From positions 202,988,001 through 203,052,000 of the forward strand of contig OX597815.1 of NCBI GenBank assembly GCA_951406725.2: a stretch of DNA of 64,000 bases, read 5' to 3'. The notes beneath the pieces were generated by a model that searched no databases, had not been told where the DNA came from, and saw nothing but the letters and a program-made list of their open reading frames with translations. Below, one piece after another: positions 54,219 through 64,000 of this stretch (the first letter of the stretch is position 1; the number at the start of each line of letters is the position of its first letter). A program made the position numbers and the translations under genes. Source of the stretch: Octopus vulgaris (taxonomy: Eukaryota).

Positions 54219-54448
54219 CAGGCGAGATGGCAGAAACGTTAGCACGCCGAGCAAAATGCGTAGCCGTAATTCGTCTGCCGTTACGTTCTGAGTTCAAGTT
54301 CCGCCGAGGTCGACTTTGCCTTTCATCCTTTCGGGGTCGATTAAAAAAGTACCAGTTACACACTGGGGACGATATAATCGACTTAATCCGTTTGTCTGTC
54401 CTTGTTTGTTCCCTCGGTGTGTAGCCCCTTGTGGTTAGTAAAGAAATA
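54219..54448 (+). mobile_element. SINE family A, full-length, with 14-bp TSD
   Basis: GGTATTGCCATTGT at 54205-54218 and 54449-54462; head TGGCAGAAACGTTAGC, B box GAGTTCAAGTTCC. Confidence 0.92.
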
Positions 54449-54608
54449 GGTATTGCCATTGTAATTCTAAAAAAAATACCATATTTGGTAATAAATCAGA
54501 TCTGGAACATGGAGCTTCTATCAGAGTGAAGAGAAATACATACATAAAAGAAAAGAAAAAAGAAGAGCCTAAAGAGGAACAGGAAAGGCTTAATTGTGTG
54601 TGTGTGTG

Positions 54609-54643
<35 letters not shown>

Positions 54644-55151
54644 CATTCACAGATGCATACGTAGACACAGAGAAATAGAGAACATGATTTATAATTTCTT
54701 ATACATGTAACGAGATATTTACTAAAGTTAGAATAGACAGAGGAAAACCAGTTTCATAGAAGTAGTTATGAGTATCGTCCATAGTTTGTAATTTAACATT
54801 TTATTTATATAATTATTTCAGAAATCACACAGCGAACTACAGTAGTAAAATTCCCTGCACTAAAAGCATGAATTAGCAATTCCAGCTGGAATGCAATTAC
54901 TACCCTTGCACTTCCGTATCCGTTTGACCATTCAATTGATGAATACTGCATTTGCGAGTTTTCTATTGGAAATATATAATAAAATTTTATAAAATAAAAT
55001 GGATGTTTAATGCGAAATTCATTCCCTACAAATTATTGTCTGCACTATCACAGCTGGCTCGTTGCAGCAAAACGCTGTGCTAGTCACAGAAATAGATAGA
55101 TAGATAGGTAGATAGTTAGATAGAGAGAGATATATAGAGAGAGAGAGAGAG

Positions 55152-55218
<67 letters not shown>

Positions 55219-55287
55219 TAAATAGATAAATAGATAGATAGATAGATAGATAGATATATATATATAGAGAGAGAGAGAGATAGATAC

Positions 55288-55340
<53 letters not shown>

Positions 55341-55415
55341 CAGACACACAGACAGTGACAGACATAAAAGTACGATCATGTATATTGTGTGTGTGTGCGT
55401 GCGTGTGTGTGGACG

Positions 55416-55458
<43 letters not shown>

Positions 55459-56339
55459 CTGTATGTGTGTGTGTGTGTGCCTGTGTGTGTGTGTGCTTGT
55501 GAATGTGCATGCCTAAGTTTGCGCTGTATAAATAACATGTAATGTTGAATACGTCTTGATAGTGTTTCCTTGTCTTTCTATGACTATAATGTATTTCGGA
55601 CATGTTCTAGTGTGTTCCCTTAAGAGACTTCTGTGTACTTCAAGGGATTGGCTTGCAAATTTTCTATCGATTGACTGTTGTTTAACTTCAAAGCCTTTTT
55701 GATTTAGTATATCTATAAACGAGTAGTATCTATAGTAATCCCTTCCTTTTTGCATGCGTAGTATGATATAGGAAAGTATTATCTAATGTGTCTTTTCGTC
55801 TATTGTTGCTTCAATGATTTTCTGGAGACTAGATATAGGATTTTAGGTATAAGCTTGTAAAACATGGGACATATGGATATAATAAGATTTGAGCAAAGCA
55901 CATCTTTCCTAGATAAATGAAACGATGATTTCAATGAATAAGGTGCTGAACAGACTGAGAAAATATATAAGATATGGAATAATAAAGGCAGCGTTAGGAT
56001 AAGAAGATGAAATATATGTTATTGTGGATCGACTTGTAAAGCTGGCAACTTGAATACATATCTGTGATAAAAACAAAATAAAGAACTGTTTTCAAACAAA
56101 ACTGTGAAACAGTAAAGTAGACACTAAAGTAATCGATAGATAAAATGCTTGTATCAAGGATATATGTACATGGTAAGTATAATGAAAGACAAATAGATTG
56201 AGTGTATAAAGGGATTTTTCTTTCAGGAAAAAACTGCAGCTTCTCTTTTTCCAAAGATACACATACGTTAATCATTGCATACAGATACACACGTGCGCGC
56301 GCCTATGTATGCATTAATATTTATATATTGTGTGTGTTC

Positions 56340-56375
<36 letters not shown>

Positions 56376-56632
56376 GTGTGTGTGTGTTATAATTTAGAAC
56401 AAACACTAAGTTGTCATTATAGTACTCGGTGTTATGAATGTCGGAGTGAAGTGCTAGTAATGGCAAACCGTTAATGAAAAACCGTTGAATAAAGGGAAGT
56501 TACTCTAATAGGTAGAAAAAGAAAACAAAAGATAAAAATATACACGCAACCATATTCGCACAATACATATACATAAACATCCTGCGTTCATAACGTCTGC
56601 ATACGTACACACTCACCCAAACATATCACTTG

Positions 56633-56713
<81 letters not shown>

Positions 56714-56973
56714 GTGCATATGTATGTATATATAGTTTAAGACAATCAGTAAGTTGTCATTATAGTACTCAGTGTTTCAAATGCCGGAGCGATGAGCTAC
56801 GATGTATTCTCATCGGCTACTAATGTTTAATCACACACACACATTCGTTTGTGTGTGTTGGGTGTGTGATGTGTGTGTGTGGTATGTGTGATGTGTGTGT
56901 GGTATGTGTGATGTGTGTGCGTGGTAAGAATGTCCTGTGGCATGAATCTAAACTCCAAAAACAAAGTGTGTTA

Positions 56974-57281
56974 TCTTTATATATAAAACTGAAGTTGTGT
57001 GTGTGAGTGTCTGTCCCCTCCGATTTAGATTCCTAACTACTCCCACATTTTGCGGTGCAGTTTAACCAAAAGCGGGTATCTTATAGTCGTGATTCATATC
57101 AAGCCCTTCTGGGTATTAGCGCGCGTCTACGATGAGTCTACGATTATAAAAAAAAAATTACTATCATATTTTCGCATTCTTAATGCCTTTTTGCTCGGTT
57201 TATATAAGGGAAGTAACTCTCTAAAATGCTTATATAGTTATTTCCCTTACAAACCCGAGCAACGCCGGGCGATACTGCTAG
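56974..57281 (+). mobile_element. Non-autonomous Helitron (308 bp), shorter variant of 51404-51797
   Basis: Same A|TCTTTATATATAAAA start and CCCGAGCAACGCCGGGCGATACTGCTAG|T end. Confidence 0.88.
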
Positions 57282-59722
57282 TAGTAAATATTTTACAAGA
57301 TAAATTCTTGACTTATTGTAATTAATCTGATACTAGGACCTACAAATCCCACTTCTCAAATACTTTTTTTTATTAGGTATTCACTAGGTATCAACTTAAT
57401 CTTAAAGTATTTGATTTCCAGGAATGTGAATACGCGTTTATAAGTGTTTATATTGGATAATACCGTATTCTATAAACATATTGCATAAGCTTCAGCTTCG
57501 ACATTACACGGATATGTGACCTCCTATGCTATTACGTAATTATTTTTGGAGATACAAACCTTTTCTCTTAGCGGAAAGAAGGAAATAATCAACTGAAAAC
57601 GAGAACAGATTATTCTTGTTACTCAATTAATCGATAGTCAAAAGCAGAAAAGCAATATGCGTAAAGAATGAAATCTCTTTTCTAATCCCCATGGAATTTC
57701 ATGATTTACTTAGAAGCAACGGTAGAATGGTTGTGTAAATAATGTCCAGTTCTGTTCAGTATCATCAGTGTACTTTCTGATTTCAAATCAGCTTTGTTTC
57801 AGCTTTGCACATAATCTTTTCGATTTCGATAAAATATGCATCTGTTGTATGTCGGTTCCTGATTCTTTGGGTTTTCGCCTATTCTAACCACATGGGATAC
57901 AGAGAATGCCGCCACTGAAAACGTGTTACAATGCTATTCAAAACATGTTACAATGCATTATATCTCCATTAATATGCAATATATAAAAACTCTGTCATAT
58001 TTATTTGGGTGCTGTGATATTTATGGAAGTTTCAACGACACAGAGAATACAAAGAGCTCATGACAGAATTGAAATTACATCGCAAATTAGTACTATATCA
58101 CTTTTCGAGCAATCTTCGTCCCTTACACCAACAACGTCACATATCTATTTATTTAAAACAAAAATTATACACTGTGTAGTTGACTGTCAGGCCTAAATCT
58201 CTACATCACTCATTTTTAATTGCGTCAACGTAAATTGTCTTAACACTACAGTTTCCCGCCTTAGATTTTCCTACTCTATGCTACAAACACTATAGATTTT
58301 TCTTGACTAAACGCCAACTCAAAAGTCAGTGAGCGTTAATTTTGGTTACATTAAATCAAGTATACTACTGGGATTTATTTCATTGATTGCATCAGTATTT
58401 CAAAATCAAAGCCAAGAAATATAAGACTTTATCCTGTAATAATTCGTTTAGCACTCACTTTTGTATATGTATCGTCTCTGCCGTCCTTAGACAATACAGA
58501 AAATTTCAATAATTCGTTCGATAAATGTTACTGCATTACATAGCTTTTATAACTTTACAACAGCAACCCCACACGTGCTATCCACGTGAATACAGAACTT
58601 GCAATCTAAAAGTGCAAACAAATTTGCTAACTAGGTTGCAGGCGCCACATCGACTTGAATATGTTACACGCTATATCAGATTGCAGCGAAATATATCAAA
58701 TTTTGTTTGCGCATCCCTTTTAAGAATAGTAATATAAAAGACAATGAAAATAAATTGCCCTGCGGTGTTTTTCTTAAAAGTCAATAATGGTCTGTATTTA
58801 GGCACAATGCCAGTATTCTGAGAAATTAGTTGATAACATCGATCTCGGTACTTGACTGGTACTTTGTTCCAATTGACCCCCGTGCGATGATTTTCGGACT
58901 GAGCTCAAAACAATTGCAGACGGTATTGCTTTTTCTCGATGTTCTAACAATTTTGCCAACTAACCGCCAACTTAAATGCCAATGATAAAAACAATCACAA
59001 AGTTCAGAAAGGAAAATCTATGCAAAAATATTAATGTTTTTTTAAAACTTATATTGTTTGTTATCAACAAAAATTTATTTGATATTTCAGACGTTTTACG
59101 TATGAATAAGTTTTACACTAGAATACACAAATCTCCAAAATCGATCTATTTAAATAATGAATGGCTTAGGTCATGTTTTTTATTTCATTTTATTCTTGGA
59201 TTCCGTAAATAATGAACTTAACATTATCATGATTATTTTGATATTTCAGAAAATTATTCATAACTGTACGGCTACTATTGTATAGTAATTTTTTTTTAAT
59301 TCGAGGCGAAATTAAGTTTTCTTCCTTAGTGTGAATGTTAAACTTCTTTATTTATCATCTGTCTATCTACACCATGTGAGGATTTATATACGCAATACAT
59401 GTAGTCAGCTACAACAGCCAAATAGGAAACAAAGACATACCCAGGTAGTTGCAAATGTCATGCAAAAGAAAAGTATATCGAGAATGGAAGTGTTTTATTA
59501 CAGAAATTATTACAGCACTTGAGATAAATTAACCAATAAAACATAAGATCGGAATTGTTATTGGAATTAGGGAGAAGGGAAACAATTTAAAAACGATCCA
59601 CAGTAAGTGCTTAATACTTATTTTATCAACACTGGAATGAGGAAATATAAACTTGATATAAGCAGGATTAGAATTGTTGATGAAAATGAAATACTAATAC
59701 AACTCTAGCGTATTATTTGTGA

Positions 59723-59937
59723 AAGGTAACGCAGCAAGCTGGCCGAATCGTTAGCACTCGGGCGAAATGTTTAGCGGTATTTCGTCCTTCTTTACCTCCT
59801 GAGTTCAAATTTCGTCGAGATCGACTTTGTCTTTCATTCTTTACGGGTTGATAAATTAAGTACCTGTTACGTACTGGGGTCGATATAATCGACTGGCCCC
59901 TCCCCTAAAGTTTCAGGCCTTCTGCCTATAGTAGAAA
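59723..59937 (+). mobile_element. SINE family A with an alternative 3' tail
   Basis: Family A head and body; tail GACTGGCCCCTCCCCTAAA...GCCTATAGTAGAAA, like the third unit of the 35057 trimer. Confidence 0.85.
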
Positions 59938-60254
59938 CCATGATATGTAGAATATACATATCACAATGACAATGCCTTTATGTGACCGCTTGACCGATTA
60001 GAAGGCAATGTCAAATCTCCCTAAATAAAACCAGATCATCTTAAACAACGAAAGGTGCATTAGAGTTGTGCCCAGATGCGCATAAAAGGCAAGGTAGTTA
60101 TGATTAGAATGCATCTCATTAAACGTCTTCTAAGTTGGGTCTGAGCCGTAGTCAACAACAGCATCATCAACATCACCAAGGACAATACAAATAGATAATA
60201 CTACCTGCGGTGGTTTAATCAATCCGTTCACACGACGACTCTCTCTCTCTCTCT

Positions 60255-60600
60255 CCGTGTATTGTCGTGTATCGACCTACCGGGAATGGCGCAAGTTTGC
60301 ATCTCTCCGACAAAGTTGCCTTCGACCCTCACCAACCTCTCTGCTAGCACCTTGACCAAAATCATTAACTCTGTATTTAACGGAGTTATGGGCCTAACCT
60401 ACTTCTCGAAACTACCAAACGCTCTCACCGAATACTAATCTTTATATGAGTTAGACTAGGTGTGTCAATACTCTCACCATGACAGCAATTTGGCTGCGGC
60501 CGCATGCGGACACCAGATTCTCCCATTTAGCCCATTCTATTCATTTCAATATATTTAAATTCCCCCTACAGTCACCAACCCTCACCCTGCCCCTCCTGAC
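60255..60600 (-). pseudogene. Tx1/L1-clade LINE ORF2 fragments (reverse transcriptase N-terminal part)
   Basis: 60398-60255 reads VRPITPLNTELMILVKVLAERLVRVEGNFVGEMQTCAIPGRSIHDNT, matching RPI.LLN.D.KI..K.LA.RL...Q....PGR.I.DN; the adjoining sequence is an eroded, possibly endonuclease-like remnant. Confidence 0.8.
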
Positions 60601-60899
60601 ACAGTCACAATCACAGAGATACAGATGCCCAAAAGTGTGTAATGCGTTAGTGTACCACACAGGCAAACAGAAAACTGAAGAACGATTTAAAAATGATAAA
60701 GAGCGTACTTGTGTTTGGCAGTCGTGAAAGGAGAGGAGGATTTGCCTGAAAACTCCGAATGCGTCCTGATGAACAATTTGGAGAGGATCAGGCTGATTAG
60801 AAAGTTTTGGACAGAAATTGTTGACATAAACTTTATAACGGACTCAAGTAAGTTGCCACCTACAGTGAACTTTAATGACCTTTATTTTAAGTATGTATA

Positions 60900-61044
60900 A
60901 AAAGTGTAAATGAAGTCGCTCGGATGTGAGGTCGAGTGGCTTCGTTCCATTTCATTATTCATTTTTCATATTTCCCATTGTTTCTTTTTTTGTCCCCACT
61001 TATATGTTTGTGTGTCCTTGTATCGTCCCTCTATGTTTATCCCC
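60900..61044 (+). mobile_element. LINE-like 3' UTR/tail
   Basis: Pyrimidine-rich UTR ending GTCCCTCTATGTTTATCCCCTTGTGGGTAATAAAGACATA, like the SINE family A tail. Confidence 0.55.
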
Positions 61045-61611
61045 TTGTGGGTAATAAAGACATAGATATATTCTAGTCTGGATTTTTTTCTATGTCTATT
61101 GTCAAACAGATATGTGGTCTCTTTAAGAAATGGATACATATATGTATATCGCTAAAGACAATATTTAATGTAAGATAGACACAACTCCTAAATGCTAAAA
61201 CTGAAGGATTTTTAATTAATTTCCAACGTTGAATTTCACTTGCATCAGATGCTATATAGAGTAATAGATGCTTAATCCCTTCTTTAAAATAAAACCTCAT
61301 CACGAAGTTGAACATCTTTTACTTTCAGCAGCGATGAAAGAAATATATGTCCACATAACAGCCTGATCATTTTCATCGTTCTATTTCAGATATGTTCAAT
61401 ATATCATACTCAAGAAATTTGTACACGTAAAGTATTGGAATTGTTAATATAATTGTATACAGATATCACTTCCAATAATCTTTATAGATTCATTCTTCAT
61501 CAGCTTTTATCAGTCTATCACCTTCAGATTATTTTTAATTGTGATCTAGCGGGGATTAGATATATGTACTCGATATATTCCTTGAACCAAATATCTGAAT
61601 ATTTTAACGTG

Positions 61612-61637
61612 ACAACGACGACGATGATGGTGATAAC

Positions 61638-61692
<55 letters not shown>

Positions 61693-61733
61693 GTGATAAT
61701 GATGATGATGATGATGAGGAGGAGGAGGAGGAG
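61612..61733. repeat. (GAT)n/(GAG)n microsatellite
   Basis: Direct reading. Confidence 0.95.
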
Positions 61734-63559
61734 ATGGGGAGGAACACAACGACGATAATGAATATAATTGATGATAATAATCACAAAGACGATAATGATT
61801 ATAACTACTTAGAGTAATCTTCACAATGACACAATTATTTAAATAAATAGATTGATGCAATATTATTAGAGTTTTAAACATGGTTCAGAAACACACAGTT
61901 TTAATTCGAGATACTTCTGTAATCAAAGACATGTATTCTCTGTAACGTTTATAAACTTAAAATGAAGTTACAATAGCGGGGGGTTGACCTACTCGAATAG
62001 CTTAAAATACAATGTATGCCTTATATTCTATTATATAATTTTTAGTGTACGCTACCGCTGGGCTTTTCTTAGACCTAATTATTCACATAAAAAAAAATAA
62101 GCTGTAGAGTGAAACAATGCTAGCGTACTGAGTCCATAGTACAAGGGGATGAAAATCGGATCCGTATTCCGTATCCTCTTTTCTTTTCAATCGAGAAGCA
62201 ACAGAAAAGGATCATGATCGATGTAATTCTTTGTCATCCGACTAAGCTATTGAAAAATTCCAGAGCATCTAATTTAACTATGCATTTTTAAGCTTCTTAT
62301 GTAAAGAGTTTAGTAAAAAAAATGAAACCCAGTTCCATTTAAATTAGCCCACAGACATGTGTCTATTGCAATAGACGTTATTTCAAATGTTGTATGTCAT
62401 TATTTAGAACTTCACTTGGATGTTGTAATACCTACTGCTTTCGTAAATTAGAATTCTGATATTTCTTGCGTCGCAGAAGGCAATATAATGTAACTTCATT
62501 CGCCCTTCTATGAGATAATATTCATTTCCTACACTGAGAATAATAAATCATGGAACGTATATAAATTTCGTAGAAAAACTATATCCAAGGGAATTTTTTT
62601 CCTATTTGTTTCCATGGACGCATTTTAGTCAGATTAATTACTAACGTTTTATCTTTGGTATCTTAAGTCCGTATATAGAAGTACTTGGCGGCACATTAGC
62701 TTCTTTTCAAATTCAGCAATGTATGTGAAAGAAAAAGATAGATGTCAACATATTTACATGTATCTTCCTTTGCCACTACAGTAAGTGAATAGCAATGGAA
62801 AAGAATTCTGAATATATATAACAGTTGTAATTCTAGAAGCATAGCTGAAGACAATTCTATCCACAAATCAATGACAACTCTGAGAAAGATTCATTAAAAG
62901 TACACATGCGATTCGCTATACGTATACAATATTTGTTAAATGAACTTTTAAAACATGCTTACTTGGCCAAACAATAGCTTAGTATCTTTTGAAGAAATCT
63001 GATCATGAATATCAATTGTTGGCTTTTCTGACAGCTTTTAGGTTCTTCTTGCTTCAATCGATAGTATCTCAGGCAGTTCAGCAGTTCAATGTCACGTACA
63101 TTAAACAACGTCTTGACCTTGTAAATGGGAAATATGTGATATGAAAATGCTTAAGAAAAGAAAATATGGACAATTTCTAAACGATATCGTTACCTGTCAA
63201 TATTCAAGTTGATATGAAGTACTCCTTTATTCTCGATAACTATTATTCATAATGTATGCACTGAAAGTAGATGGCGCTTTGAGGAATAAATCGTTGGAAC
63301 ACAGTTTGTACTGCAGAACGACCTGTCACCATAATTTTTTAAAAAATCATATTGTTGTTGTTTTTGTTCTCGTTGTCGTTGTTGCAACAGCTTTATCAGA
63401 GAAGGAATGGAATTATTGATACCATTTTCCAGGGATTCTGAAATTTACAGGAGGAAGAGTGAAAGCAATCTTCATAGACATGGTGATGATATGTAATCTT
63501 CACAGCAGACATGGTGATGATATGTTTTCAAGATAATAGACTTCTCTAAAATCATCCTT

Positions 63560-63619
<60 letters not shown>

Positions 63620-63620
63620 T

Positions 63621-63774
<154 letters not shown>

Positions 63775-63775
63775 T

Positions 63776-64000
63776 GTTTCTTTATTAGCCACACAGGGCT
63801 GCACACAGATAGAACAAATTACAAAAAAAGGAAGGGGGAGTTTCGATCAAAAGGGATCGTAAAAGGAGAGAAAGAGGACAAAAAAAGGGGGGAGAGGAAG
63901 AAAAAAAAATTGATCAATAGGGATCGTTATCACAGAAATGTCAATATGAAGTGTAAAGGGGAGGACAGGTGAGGTTTACCCGTGGAAAGAAAAGCCTACG
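63776..64000 (-). mobile_element. LINE-like 3' end running off the window, abutting (GATA)n
   Basis: Minus strand ends TTTGTTCTATCTGTGTGCAGCCCTGTGTGGCTAATAAAGAAA followed by (TATC)n; same tail class as 61010-61044. Confidence 0.55.

Overview
AT-rich eukaryotic (animal) DNA with no confidently recognisable host protein-coding gene. It is intergenic or deep-intronic sequence full of microsatellites and transposon relics. The SINE families and repeat style suggest an octopus/cephalopod genome, which is an inference. Almost all ORF-track entries are microsatellite artefacts. Supportable features: a full-length but dead mariner (23892-25144); a cluster of three Tc1/mariner elements (39751-44035), one with an apparent spliceosomal intron; a mariner fragment, a hAT transposase fragment and a hAT MITE; non-autonomous Helitrons; three tRNA-derived SINE families; and Tx1/L1-like LINE fragments. 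The main discovery is eight minimal type I hammerhead-ribozyme motifs (seven full-length, some mutated, one truncated) in four unrelated short repeat families resembling Penelope-like element (PLE) pseudo-LTRs. All have a palindromic helix III, which implies dimeric folding. Two families carry non-canonical catalytic cores that recur across copies: GUGAACA (a compensatory G3:C8 swap of the C3:G8 tertiary pair) and CUGUNGA (A6U). Folds were built by hand; catalytic activity and novelty are untested.
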